From the NCBI GenBank assembly GCA_014727915.1, contig WJMO01000006.1, positions 384,001-448,000 of the forward strand: a stretch of DNA of 64,000 nucleotides, given 5' to 3'. Shown here piece after piece: positions 10,060 to 19,807 of the stretch. How positions within the stretch are numbered: the stretch's first letter is position 1; the number at the start of each line of letters is the position of its first letter. Under the pieces are notes generated by a model. The model made no database searches, was not told the DNA's origin, and was given only the letters and a program-made list of their open reading frames with translations. The position numbers and the translations under genes were made by a program. This DNA is from Candidatus Altiarchaeales archaeon. Lineage in GTDB: Archaea; Altiarchaeota; Altiarchaeia; IMC4; SCGC-AAA252-I15.

Positions 10060-10746
10060 TTATTTATCGGCGGCAGGTGTTGGCTGGTCCAGCCTGCACT
10101 CGTTCAACGCCTTGACCCCAGACCGTGTGATCTTGAACTCCACCGTCAGCCCCTCGGGCTTGGTCATGTGCCTGCGCACCACAGCATACCTCGAATTGTC
10201 ATCCCGCCTGCAAAGTTCCACCACGTTCTTGGTGAAGTACTCGCTTATCTGACCGCCGATAGGCCGTATCCTGTTAGTGTCGTATTCGCTATAAACCTGG
10301 TTTGTCAACAACACGGGAAGGTTGTATTTGCGGGCGGCCCTGAGTAGCTGGGCGAGAATCCTGCCGAGCATTCGAACGTCCTTGTCCTCCTCCATCCTGT
10401 AGAGCATGGCTATGCTGTCCACGACAACAAGAGATATCTTCATGGAGGTTATCACCTCATCCAACCTGGCAATGGACAATTTCTGCTCGTCGAATGTGGT
10501 GGGCTCGACCAGCAGTGTGTTGTTCAACACGTCCTCGAATTTCTCGCCGGATATCTGCTTCAACCGGGCGGCGCTGAAACCGCCCTCTGGGTCGATGTAA
10601 ACAACCTTCCCCTGCCCCAACGCGTTCGCAGTCGCTATGAGCGCCAGGTTGGTCTTGCCGGACGCGGGCGGCCCGTATATGTGGGTGACAACACCCTCGC
10701 AAAGGCCGTCTGTCAAGTCGTCGAAGCAGTTGTTGAAGAGTATCAT
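10060..10746 (-). CDS. radB: DNA repair protein RadB
   Basis: GPPASGKTN, YIDPEGGFS..RLKQI, VVVDS, TNQVY, RH motif; ATG 10746 overlaps the mre11 stop (ATGA). Confidence 0.9.
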   Translation of the reverse strand: MILFNNCFDDLTDGLCEGVVTHIYGPPASGKTNLALIATANALGQGKVVYIDPEGGFSAARLKQISGEKFEDVLNNTLLVEPTTFDEQKLSIARLDEVITSMKISLVVVDSIAMLYRMEEDKDVRMLGRILAQLLRAARKYNLPVLLTNQVYSEYDTNRIRPIGGQISEYFTKNVVELCRRDDNSRYAVVRRHMTKPEGLTVEFKITRSGVKALNECRLDQPTPAADK

Positions 10747-11819
10747 GCCGCATACCTCTGGAACAGGTCGACACAAAGTTCCTCCAGTTCCTTGTTGCCG
10801 TTCCCAGACTTTTCAAAATACTCGCGTATAAGGTCCTCGCTCAGCTCAACACGCTCGAACTCCAACTCGAATTCGCGGGAGCGGGGTACCACGTTGACGT
10901 CCAGTATTGTGCGACCATGCTCGAATGTGGTCCAGTCCCTGCGGACATCCAACAGGTCTCCCTGCAGGTCCGCGTCCACGTCAACCCTCAGCAGAGGTAC
11001 ATTGTGTGAGTTGATGACTCCCTCCAGCCTGTTGTTCAGTTCCTCCGGAGAGCCCTTGAACTCGAACCTCACCGACGACATCGGAGCGGATTCGACCTTG
11101 ATGAACCGGGGGCTGTGAAGGTCATCTTCGAAGCATAGGAAGCCGTTCCTGTTATCTGCCTCGTTGAAGCTTATCCTCTCTGTGGAGCCGCAGTAGTATG
11201 CTGGCTTAACCTCCATAAGCTCCTTGATCGGCTGGTGCTTGTGAACATGCCCTGAGACTATAAGGTCGTAGTTGGGCGCCACCTCCCTCAACGCGGCCAG
11301 GGAGATCTCATATGGGCTAAGGTATCTCTCGATGGCCTGGTGCAGGCAGAGTATGTTAACGTCCCCCTCAAGGTTGGATGACAGGCCTCGCAGCTTCTCC
11401 TCCGCCCGCTCGCGGTTCCTCGTGTACTCGAAACCGTGGAAGCCATAGGTCTTCCTGCCCACATTCAACAGCACATGCGGGTTCTCCGAGGACAGCACGT
11501 GGATGCGGTCGTGGACTTCACTGTAGATGGGAGAATATGTAGTGCCAAGGTGGCCTTCGATCTCATGGTTGCCGATGCACACTATCACCTGGCACTGACT
11601 AGCAGCCTCCAACAGCTTCTTCAACACCGTCCGCATGCTCACCGGGTCCGGTTTGGGATGGTGGAGTAGGTCGCCTGTGAAGACCATGAAGGTGGGCTTC
11701 AGGTTCAACGCCTTACGCACCGCCTCCTCGAACGCCTTACTGTAGTCTCTCAGCCTCTGTGACTTGAACCTGTGCCTGTACCCCAGGTGCGAGTCGCCGA
11801 TGAAGACTATGGAGGCCAT
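10743..11819 (-). CDS. mre11: Mre11/SbcD family nuclease
   Basis: DSHLG, GDLLH, GNHE, LHQ, GHVH, YCGSTERISFNE. Confidence 0.88.
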   Translation of the reverse strand: MASIVFIGDSHLGYRHRFKSQRLRDYSKAFEEAVRKALNLKPTFMVFTGDLLHHPKPDPVSMRTVLKKLLEAASQCQVIVCIGNHEIEGHLGTTYSPIYSEVHDRIHVLSSENPHVLLNVGRKTYGFHGFEYTRNRERAEEKLRGLSSNLEGDVNILCLHQAIERYLSPYEISLAALREVAPNYDLIVSGHVHKHQPIKELMEVKPAYYCGSTERISFNEADNRNGFLCFEDDLHSPRFIKVESAPMSSVRFEFKGSPEELNNRLEGVINSHNVPLLRVDVDADLQGDLLDVRRDWTTFEHGRTILDVNVVPRSREFELEFERVELSEDLIREYFEKSGNGNKELEELCVDLFQRYAA

Positions 11820-12181
11820 TATCTGCCTTCTATCTCAGCGTCCACCGCCAGGCCACCGGATAGCTTGACGACGACGTTGAAGACGAACGCGACTATGACA
11901 CCCATAAAGAACCCTATTATCGTCGAGGATACCACACCCACCACCGCGGATATGAGGAACCCCACTAAGCCTACCCCTCCGACCATCAGCGTGGCTGCGA
12001 GCACGTCGAAGCTTCCGCTGCCAAGGCCCAAAAGCACGGACAGGAGGAAATACACTACCCCCATAACAACGCCGATAGCTATCAAAACCAGGCTGTATAT
12101 TAGGGAGAAAACAGCCGCGAACTTGCCCGTAGACATCAAACCCAGATGCTTTATTTTAATGGTTGACTTTGCCATGATCAA
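11819..12181 (-). CDS. Small membrane protein, DUF3566-like
   Basis: Two long TM segments; ends FNVVVKLSGGLAVD. Confidence 0.65.
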   Translation of the reverse strand: MIMAKSTIKIKHLGLMSTGKFAAVFSLIYSLVLIAIGVVMGVVYFLLSVLLGLGSGSFDVLAATLMVGGVGLVGFLISAVVGVVSSTIIGFFMGVIVAFVFNVVVKLSGGLAVDAEIEGR

Positions 12182-12218
12182 TCACCTAACATAATACTGG
12201 TCAGTCTATTATATAACT

Positions 12219-13142
12219 ATGTTCAACCTACCCTACGTGCCCACAGCGGACGACCTCATAGACAAGGCCTTCCGGGCCGGAGCCAAGAAGAGCAAGACCG
12301 TCAGGGGCATGAGCAGGAGGAAGCCTGAGAAGGCCCTCACAGCCGAGATAAAGAGGGTGGAGCAGATCTCGGCCATCGTGGAAGGCGACCTGAACGCGGT
12401 AGTGAAGCATTTCCCAAGCTATGAGGAGCTGAGCGAATTCCACCAGGCCCTGCTGGACCTGAGGGTGAAGAAGGACAGGTACAAGAAGAGCCTGGGGGCT
12501 GTGAAATGGTGTAGTGACAGGGTCAGCTCATTGAAGAACAAGACCCTCCGGAAGCTGAAGACCCAGAAGGACCTGGGGGAGAGCAGGGTGTTCCTGGGGA
12601 GGGTGAGCTCGTTCATAAAGAGGGTACGGAAGGACCTGGACTACCTGGTGGAAGTCAAGGGTGTGCTGCTCTCCTTCCCGTTTCTGAAGGACGAGCCCAC
12701 ACTGGTGGTGGCGGGAGTGCCAAATGCGGGGAAGAGCACATTCGTGAGGACGTTGACAGGGTCTAAGGTGAAGATAGCATCCTACCCGTTCACCACAACC
12801 GAGATAATGATCGGCTACCGGAAGGTCAGGTACATGGAATACCAGGTCATCGACTCCCCGGGGATACTGGACAGGCCCATGGAAGACCGGAACAGGACTG
12901 AATTGCAGGCGGTATTGGCCATAGAGCACCTGGCGGACGTGGTGTTGTTCATCATAGACCCTGAATCAGAACTGGAAAACCAGCTGCGATTGTTGGATGA
13001 GATAGAGCAGAACTTCAACCTCAAAGTCCACACGGCAGTCAACGACAAAGGAGGAGAAAACCCCAAAGGCTATGAGACATTCAACGCGACAAAAGAGGAA
13101 GACTGCCTAAGACTATTCAAGGAGTGCATTGGGTTGAAATAA
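12219..13142 (+). CDS. NOG1 family GTPase
   Basis: VPTADDLIDKAF, GVPNAGKS, YPFTT, DSPGILDRP. Confidence 0.92.
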   Translation: MFNLPYVPTADDLIDKAFRAGAKKSKTVRGMSRRKPEKALTAEIKRVEQISAIVEGDLNAVVKHFPSYEELSEFHQALLDLRVKKDRYKKSLGAVKWCSDRVSSLKNKTLRKLKTQKDLGESRVFLGRVSSFIKRVRKDLDYLVEVKGVLLSFPFLKDEPTLVVAGVPNAGKSTFVRTLTGSKVKIASYPFTTTEIMIGYRKVRYMEYQVIDSPGILDRPMEDRNRTELQAVLAIEHLADVVLFIIDPESELENQLRLLDEIEQNFNLKVHTAVNDKGGENPKGYETFNATKEEDCLRLFKECIGLK

Positions 13143-13158
13143 CAAACTCGGAGGTCAG

Positions 13159-13401
13159 TTATTTCTTAGGGTATTTCCTCCTGAATGCAGCCGGCCTTTC
13201 CGTCTTTTCCTTCAACGCCTGAGCTGAGGGAACGTTAAGTGGTTCTCCATCGCTGTTACCATCACCTGAGTGGGAGAGCTCTATCTTCGCCCGCTCATTC
13301 AATCCCACGGCGTCAAGCGCTTCCAACTCGCCACCAGATGTGGGGCGGACAATGCCGTCACCGGCTGAAGAACCCCTCTTCCTCGTTTTTACAGTGGTCA
13401 T
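13159..13401 (-). CDS. Orphan small charged protein
   Basis: 80-aa ORF with its own TATA-containing upstream region, shared with its neighbour. Confidence 0.6.
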   Translation of the reverse strand: MTTVKTRKRGSSAGDGIVRPTSGGELEALDAVGLNERAKIELSHSGDGNSDGEPLNVPSAQALKEKTERPAAFRRKYPKK

Positions 13402-13402
13402 G

Positions 13403-13439
13403 TAATAAATTGGGAAAAATTAGTATAAAACAGAAACTA
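13403..13439 (-). promoter_or_regulatory. Conserved promoter block, copy 1 (TTTTATA about 25 nt before ATG)
   Basis: 30/37 identical to 13874-13910. Confidence 0.65.
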
Positions 13440-13469
13440 AAAAGGATGATGTGTCGGTTTCATTCTGTT

Positions 13470-13871
13470 TCAGGGTGTTTTTTTACGGCTCCACTTTTTC
13501 CTGAACCGCCTCACAGCCTCTGATTCGTTCACGGACTGGCGCCCTTCCACCTGAGGCGGGATCCTATCAAGGTCCTCGTCCGAGGGGATTTCATATTCGA
13601 AATCACGGGTTTTAGGCTCGTCTATACTGGGTTCTCCCTTCTCCCGCTTTTTCTTCCTCTCCCGGGCCAGCTTTATCAGCTGAAGCTGGACTGTCGTGAA
13701 ATGGGGCTCGTAGCCGTCGGCCGCTCCCCGCTCAGCCTCTATGAGGAGCTTATCGCCCAACGCATCCGTATCCACGTCCTGGATTCCAACGTCAGGGGTC
13801 TGGTGTACTTCATAGCCTGGCTCACGGCTATGGTGCTTCCTACCACGCTCCTTGACGACCGCCTTGACCAT
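13470..13871 (-). CDS. Orphan charged protein, probable paralog of 13159-13401
   Basis: 133-aa ORF; shared promoter and basic C-terminus (FRKKW vs FRRKY). Confidence 0.65.
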   Translation of the reverse strand: MVKAVVKERGRKHHSREPGYEVHQTPDVGIQDVDTDALGDKLLIEAERGAADGYEPHFTTVQLQLIKLARERKKKREKGEPSIDEPKTRDFEYEIPSDEDLDRIPPQVEGRQSVNESEAVRRFRKKWSRKKTP

Positions 13872-13873
13872 GA

Positions 13874-13910
13874 TAATATACTGGGAAATAGTGATATAAA
13901 ATAGAAACTA
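13874..13910 (-). promoter_or_regulatory. Conserved promoter block, copy 2
   Basis: 30/37 identical to 13403-13439. Confidence 0.65.
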
Positions 13911-13920
13911 TTGCTTTTTT

Positions 13921-14187
13921 CTATTCCTTTGGGCGGATCACAGTGTACCTGTCCCTCAACTGCCTCAACCTTGGCCTGGCCTCAAAGTCGTTAGAGAGAA
14001 TTTCGAACTGTTCACGTGTTATGGGAAGCGGATCATCGGGTTCAGCGTGCTCCATCTCCCTCAACAGAACGTCTATCATCTCGGCAGACGACCCTATCCT
14101 CCCAGTCTGCCTTGGAAAATGGATTTGCCTGCCCCTTTCACCCTCAAGTCCCTGCCTCTTCTTGGGTGATTTATCCTCCAATGCCAT
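13921..14187 (-). CDS. Orphan 88-aa charged protein downstream of aroC
   Basis: ATG 14187 lies 2 nt after the aroC stop; ORF fills the gap. Confidence 0.55.
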   Translation of the reverse strand: MALEDKSPKKRQGLEGERGRQIHFPRQTGRIGSSAEMIDVLLREMEHAEPDDPLPITREQFEILSNDFEARPRLRQLRDRYTVIRPKE

Positions 14188-14189
14188 CT

Positions 14190-15281
14190 TCACAGCTTCC
14201 GTGGTATATTTCCTGAAATTATCATGTGGTCTGCGAGCACGAGGTTGACCATCGCCTCCACAACCGGAACCGCCCGCGGCACTATGCACGGGTCGTGGCG
14301 GCCCTCCACCTGTATGTAACTATTCTTCTTAAGGTTCAAGTCCACCGTATGCTGGCGTTTCTTGATCGATGATGTTGGCTTGAAGGCAGCTCGCAAAACC
14401 ACGGGCATCCCATTTGTTATGCCGCCCTGGATGCCTCCGCTGTTGTTGGACGTAGTCCTGACAACCCCGCCCGCGTATGTGAACTCGTCGTTTACCTCGC
14501 TGCCAGGCTTGGAAGCAGAATCAAACCCCAAACCGAATTCAACACCCTTTACCCCAGGTATCGAAGCGACCCCAGCAGCCAAATCCGCCGTCAATTTTCC
14601 GAACACCGGCTCCCCCAAGCCGGGAGGGACGTTCAAGGCGACGCACTCGACAACCCCGCCGACGGAATCGCCCTTCTTACGCGCAACCTTGACCTCATCG
14701 ACCATCGACCGCGCAACATCAACGTCCAAAGCGCGAACGGGATTTGACTCGATCAGATCGGCCACTCCCTTCATGGAAGAGTCTAGGACCTCCCCAGACT
14801 TCACTCTGCCTATCTGCTTCGTGTAAGCAACCACTTGGACCCTGTGCTTCTGCAATATTTTCTTGGCGACCGCACCCCCGGCAACCCTGCCGACGGTCTC
14901 GCGGGCGCTTGACCTGCCGCCACCCCGCCAGTCCACGTGGCCGTACTTCATCCGCCAAGCAAGGTCAGCGTGGCCGGGCCGGGGCTTGTAGATGAAATCC
15001 CGATACTTGCTGCTGTCCGCATCCCGGTTATGGACTAGCATGCTGACAGGAGTGCCGAGGGTCCGGTCCTCGAAGACACCCGAGAGGAATTCGACACTGT
15101 CCGGCTCGCCCCTTGCGGTAGTAACATCGGACTGGCCGGGCTTCCTGCGGTCTAACTCACACTGGACATCGGCTTCCGTCAATTCCAAACCGCTGGGGCA
15201 TCCGTCCAGCACGCAACCCACCGCAGGGCCGTGACTCTCACCCCAAGTGGACAAGCGGAACAAACGACCAAATGTGTTCAT
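14190..15281 (-). CDS. aroC: Chorismate synthase
   Basis: GESHG, RPGHAD, RSSARET, GRHDPCI. Confidence 0.98.
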   Translation of the reverse strand: MNTFGRLFRLSTWGESHGPAVGCVLDGCPSGLELTEADVQCELDRRKPGQSDVTTARGEPDSVEFLSGVFEDRTLGTPVSMLVHNRDADSSKYRDFIYKPRPGHADLAWRMKYGHVDWRGGGRSSARETVGRVAGGAVAKKILQKHRVQVVAYTKQIGRVKSGEVLDSSMKGVADLIESNPVRALDVDVARSMVDEVKVARKKGDSVGGVVECVALNVPPGLGEPVFGKLTADLAAGVASIPGVKGVEFGLGFDSASKPGSEVNDEFTYAGGVVRTTSNNSGGIQGGITNGMPVVLRAAFKPTSSIKKRQHTVDLNLKKNSYIQVEGRHDPCIVPRAVPVVEAMVNLVLADHMIISGNIPRKL

Positions 15282-15398
15282 TGATTGAATGATGGTATTA
15301 TAAAACTAAAAGCTTTGAAAAAAACGGGAAGACGCGCCCTGTTGAAGGAATAGACATGCGTTTATAACGGGGTATTCTCAGTGTATTCTTGGATTAAA

Positions 15399-16670
15399 AT
15401 GGACGACGTTGTCAAGTACACGATAGAGGAAGCGTTGGAGTATCACACGGTCAAACGGGGCAAGCTGCAGGTGCTGAGCAAGACGCCATTGGACAACAAG
15501 AAGGATCTTAGCCTCGCTTATTCGCCCGGTGTCGCTGAACCGTGCCGGGACATAGCCAAGGACACTAAAAAAGTCTACCAGTACACCAACAAGGGGAACG
15601 CCGTCGCGGTCGTGACGGACGGCACAGCTGTGCTGGGACTGGGAGACATAGGCCCGGAAGCCGGTTTCCCGGTGATGGAAGGTAAGGCAGTGCTGTTCAA
15701 GATGCTCGCTGGAGTCGACGCATACCCCATATGCCTCCAGACGAAAGACGCGGACGAGATAGTCGAAACCGTCAAGTTCCTCGAGCCCAGCTTCGGAGGC
15801 ATAAACCTGGAGGACATAAGCGCGCCCAGATGTTTCGACATAGAAAAAAAACTGAAGGAGGACATGGACATACCTGTGTTCCACGACGACCAGCACGGAA
15901 CCGCCATAGTCACGTTGGCCGGGCTCATAAACGCGCTGAAAATCGTCGGGAAGAAGATGGGGGAGGTTAAGATAGTCTTCAACGGCGCGGGAGCGTCTGG
16001 GATAGCCTGCGCGAAGTTCTACATGTCAGCAGGCGTAAAAGACGTGATAATATGCGACAGCAAGGGCGTCATATACGATGGGCGTGAGGTCGGCATGAAC
16101 CCCTACAAGGAGGAGATAGCTAAGGTAACGAACGGTGAGAACATGGCCGGGTCCCTCGAGGACGCCATAAAAGGCGCCGACATATTCGTCGGCATGTCCG
16201 TGGGGAACGTCGTCACCGAGGCGATGGTGAAATCCATGGCAGACGACGCCATCGTCTTCGCATGCGCCAACCCCGACCCTGAGATTAAGCCCGAGAAGGC
16301 GGAGAAGGCCGGGGCGAGGGTGGTAGCCACCGGAAGGTCGGACTATCCCAACCAGATAAACAACGTCCTCGGGTTTCCGGGCATATTCAGGGGAGCGCTT
16401 GACGTTCAAGCCTCCGACGTCAACGAGGAGATGAAGCTGGCAGCCGCCCACGCCATAGCCAGCATAATAGAGGAAGACAGACTCGACGAGAGGCACATAA
16501 TCACCAACCCATTGAACCCGGAGGTGATGCCTGTCGAAGCCGCTGCAGTGGCCAGGGCAGCAATGGAAAGCGGCGTGGCAAGGAAGAAGACAAGACCTGA
16601 GGAGGTCGAAACCAACACCAGAATGCTGATCGAGGAGGCTAGGAAGGTATTTAATGCCTCCCGGGGTTAA
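15399..16670 (+). CDS. NAD(P)-dependent malic enzyme
   Basis: LAYSPGVAEPC, VMEGKA, NLEDI, FHDDQHGTA, GAGASG, NQINNVLGFPG. Confidence 0.95.
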   Translation: MDDVVKYTIEEALEYHTVKRGKLQVLSKTPLDNKKDLSLAYSPGVAEPCRDIAKDTKKVYQYTNKGNAVAVVTDGTAVLGLGDIGPEAGFPVMEGKAVLFKMLAGVDAYPICLQTKDADEIVETVKFLEPSFGGINLEDISAPRCFDIEKKLKEDMDIPVFHDDQHGTAIVTLAGLINALKIVGKKMGEVKIVFNGAGASGIACAKFYMSAGVKDVIICDSKGVIYDGREVGMNPYKEEIAKVTNGENMAGSLEDAIKGADIFVGMSVGNVVTEAMVKSMADDAIVFACANPDPEIKPEKAEKAGARVVATGRSDYPNQINNVLGFPGIFRGALDVQASDVNEEMKLAAAHAIASIIEEDRLDERHIITNPLNPEVMPVEAAAVARAAMESGVARKKTRPEEVETNTRMLIEEARKVFNASRG

Positions 16671-16679
16671 TATTCTGCA

Positions 16680-17513
16680 GTGGAAGAGTTGAACGAGCTT
16701 ATAAGGGCGTGCGCCACCGAACTGCCCGAAGACGTCGGGAAGGCGTTGGAAAAGGCATTAGATGATGAGGAAGGCAGCTCAGCCGACGTTCTGGCGACCA
16801 TAATAGACAACATAAAGGTCGCGGGGGAGAAGTCAAAGCCCATGTGCCAGGACACGGGAACTCCAATATTCTACATAACAACACCGCCTGAAGCCAACCG
16901 AGGCCACATAAAGGGGCTTTTGCTCAGCGCGTTGAGGCAGGCCACAGAGTCAGTGCCCTTGAGGCCCAACGCAGTAGACCCCATCACGCAGTTGAACAGC
17001 GGAGACAACACGGGAATAGGATTCCCAGTGTTCAACTTCAGCGAATGGGGGGAGAACACCAGCAAAGTAGAACTCATGCTGAAAGGAGGAGGCAGCGAGA
17101 ACATAACCAGGATATACAGCCTACCAGACGAGGCCCTGGAGGCTGGAAGGGACATTGAAGGCATAACAAAGTGCGTGCTCGACGCGGTCCACAAGGCCCA
17201 GGGCAACGGCTGCCCCCCATACATCATCGGGGTGGGAATAGGAGGGCTGGCTGACGAGACGTTGAAGCTCAGCAAGAAGCAGCTGATGAGGCGGCTGGAC
17301 GACGAGAACGACAACACAGAGCTCTCAAAGCTGGAGCACCACCTGTTAAAGGAGATAAACGAGTTGGGCATAGGACCCATGGGCATGGGGGGTAAGACCA
17401 CCGCACTATCCGTCAAAGCAGGGAAGCAGCACAGGCACCCGGCCTCATTCTTCGTGGGGGTGAGCTTCATGTGCTGGGCATGCCGTAGAAAAAGCGTCGA
17501 GGTGAACCTTTGA
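16680..17513 (+). CDS. Fumarate hydratase class I, alpha subunit
   Basis: CQDTG, LRPNAV, KGGGSEN, GCPP, RHPAS, CWACRR. Confidence 0.92.
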   Translation: MEELNELIRACATELPEDVGKALEKALDDEEGSSADVLATIIDNIKVAGEKSKPMCQDTGTPIFYITTPPEANRGHIKGLLLSALRQATESVPLRPNAVDPITQLNSGDNTGIGFPVFNFSEWGENTSKVELMLKGGGSENITRIYSLPDEALEAGRDIEGITKCVLDAVHKAQGNGCPPYIIGVGIGGLADETLKLSKKQLMRRLDDENDNTELSKLEHHLLKEINELGIGPMGMGGKTTALSVKAGKQHRHPASFFVGVSFMCWACRRKSVEVNL

Positions 17514-18067
17514 AGCTGAAAACCCCTTTGGACGAGGAGACGGTCAGAGGCCTGAAGGTAGGGGACCGGGTAGATCTCAGCGGCTTAGTCGTGACCGCGA
17601 GAGATCGTGCTCACAAATATCTCTACGACGGAGGGGAGGTCCCATTCGAACTAAACGTCATATACCACTGCGGCCCCATAGTCAAAGACAACAAGATCGT
17701 GTCAGCGGGCCCGACCACCTCCATGAGAGAGGAGCCCTACCTCGCCAAGATAATAAACAAGTACAAGATAAGGGCGGTCATAGGGAAGGGAGGCATGGGA
17801 GAGAAGACGCTGAATTCGCTGAAGAGCAACGGATGCGTCTACCTGGCCGCGGTCGGGGGGGTTGGAGTGCTGTTGGCAGAGCACGTTAAGAAGGTAAAGG
17901 AATCATATAGGCTAGACGAGTTCGGAGCTCCAGAGGCGTTCTGGGTGCTTGAAGTCTACAACATGCCGTTGACAGTCACGATGGACTCCCACGGAAACAG
18001 CCTATACGAGGACGTGAAGGAGAAGAGCAGGAAAAACCTTGAGAAGATTGTGGGAGGGAAAAGATGA
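17510..18067 (+). CDS. Fumarate hydratase class I, beta subunit
   Basis: TARDRAH, YHCGP, GPTTSMR, IGKGGM, MDSHG. Confidence 0.92.
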   Translation: MKLKTPLDEETVRGLKVGDRVDLSGLVVTARDRAHKYLYDGGEVPFELNVIYHCGPIVKDNKIVSAGPTTSMREEPYLAKIINKYKIRAVIGKGGMGEKTLNSLKSNGCVYLAAVGGVGVLLAEHVKKVKESYRLDEFGAPEAFWVLEVYNMPLTVTMDSHGNSLYEDVKEKSRKNLEKIVGGKR

Positions 18068-18411
18068 GGTTGAACCTGTTGAAGTCGAAGATACACAAGG
18101 CAAGGGTGACTGGAGCCAGTGAAGACTACGTGGGAAGCATAACTTTAGACAGGAGGCTAATGGACGCAGCCGGCATAAGAGCCCATGAGAAGGTGCTCGT
18201 CGCGGACATCACCAACGGGAACAGGTTCGAAACATACGCCATAGAAGGGGGAGAAGGAGTGATCGAAGTCAATGGCGCAGCCGCGAAACTAGCTGACACG
18301 GGGGACAGTGTGATAGTCATGGCCTTCGGACAATACAGCGAAGAAGAAGCCAAAGCCCACAAGCCCATGATAGTCCAAGTGGACGAAGAGAACAGGGTCA
18401 CATCCCAATGA
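18064..18411 (+). CDS. panD: Pyruvoyl-dependent aspartate 1-decarboxylase
   Basis: KSKIH, YVG/SITLD self-cleavage site, NGNRFETYAI, NGAAA. Confidence 0.95.
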   Translation: MRLNLLKSKIHKARVTGASEDYVGSITLDRRLMDAAGIRAHEKVLVADITNGNRFETYAIEGGEGVIEVNGAAAKLADTGDSVIVMAFGQYSEEEAKAHKPMIVQVDEENRVTSQ

Positions 18412-19807
18412 CCCGCAAACCTGCCCTTAACTTCCTAGCCATCTCCCCAGCCGACCGTACCCTGCGAACCCTCTCAAGAATGTAATAGGGCCTCAGGTAG
18501 AAGCGCTTATACGCGCTCTTCATCAGATCAACCAGCTGGTCCCTGCCGAGGTCCTCCTCCCACACCGGCGGTCTGAAACCGGGAGAAGGACTCTCCGCGA
18601 ACTTCCGCCAGTAGTCCTCCCCTATGACACCCCGCTCCAATCCGAGCCTGTAAAGGTCCGTGGCCGGGAAGGGAGTCATCAGAGAGAAATGGGCGAAGTC
18701 TGGGTCGAGTTTAAGTGCGAAATCCAAGGTTTCATCGAAGGTCTTCAGAGTCTCGCCGGGCGAGCCGATTATGAAATAGGCCAGGGTCTCTATGCCAGCC
18801 TCAGAAGCCCATCTGAACGCGTCCTCGGCCTGTCGCAACGTTATCCCCTTGCAGAGTGTGTCCAGTACGCCCTGGTTCCCTGACTCGACCCCATAGTGTA
18901 TCCGCTCGCAACCCGATCTTGAAAGGGTGGAGAGCATCTCACGGTCCACGCTGTCGGCCCGCGCCCGAATATCCCATCCTATGTCCAGCCCACGATCCCG
19001 TATCTCGAAGCAGATGTCCAACACCCTCTGGCGGTCCACGGTGAAAGTGTCATCATATACGAGGAACTCCCGGATGCCCATTCCGACGCACTCCTCCATC
19101 TCATCCACTACATTGGAGGCGGACCTGGCCCGAAAACGCTTCCCCATCTGCGGCCGGTCGCAGAAGAGGCACCTGTAAGGGCAGCCCCTGCTGGAGAAGA
19201 GCGTCGTTATCGGAGACCGCTTGGCAAGCAGTGAAGTGTACTTCCTGTAGGGTGTGAGCTCCCTCGCAGGGAAGGGCAGGCTGTCCAAGTCCTCGATGAA
19301 GGGGGACATTCCATTTTCCACAACCCTGCCGCATTCAACGTATGAGATTCCCCGCACGTCCTTCAACGGCTTGCACCTCTCAAAACGGTCGACAACCTCC
19401 ACCATCGTATGCTCCCCCTCACCCGAAACCGCGACGTCCACATGCTCCAGAGACGCAGTCTCGACAGGGTATATGGTGGGGTGTGGCCCGCCCATGACTA
19501 CCCTAACCTCCGGGTCGGCTTCCTTGGCCATCTCCGCAGTCAAGAGCGAATCTATCAATGTGAAGGACATGGCAGACAAACCCAGGACATCCGGGCTGGA
19601 CCTGACTATCCGCTTCCTTATATCGCCGTATCCAAGGCCTTCCACCTGGGCATCGACAACTTCCACCTCATGGCCGGCCCACACCAGCGAAGAGGCGAGA
19701 TAGAGCATGCCAAGCTGGGGGTTGCAGCCCCTGGAACGCGACAGTATCTCCGGAACTTCCGTGTCTATCATGTTCTCGTCTGGAGGATTGATGAAAAGTA
19801 CCCTCAT
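18398..19807 (-). CDS. B12-binding domain radical SAM protein
   Basis: GGPHPT, SGEGE, SRGCPYRCLFC (CxxxCxxC), GVESG. Confidence 0.93.
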   Translation of the reverse strand: MRVLFINPPDENMIDTEVPEILSRSRGCNPQLGMLYLASSLVWAGHEVEVVDAQVEGLGYGDIRKRIVRSSPDVLGLSAMSFTLIDSLLTAEMAKEADPEVRVVMGGPHPTIYPVETASLEHVDVAVSGEGEHTMVEVVDRFERCKPLKDVRGISYVECGRVVENGMSPFIEDLDSLPFPARELTPYRKYTSLLAKRSPITTLFSSRGCPYRCLFCDRPQMGKRFRARSASNVVDEMEECVGMGIREFLVYDDTFTVDRQRVLDICFEIRDRGLDIGWDIRARADSVDREMLSTLSRSGCERIHYGVESGNQGVLDTLCKGITLRQAEDAFRWASEAGIETLAYFIIGSPGETLKTFDETLDFALKLDPDFAHFSLMTPFPATDLYRLGLERGVIGEDYWRKFAESPSPGFRPPVWEEDLGRDQLVDLMKSAYKRFYLRPYYILERVRRVRSAGEMARKLRAGLRVIGM

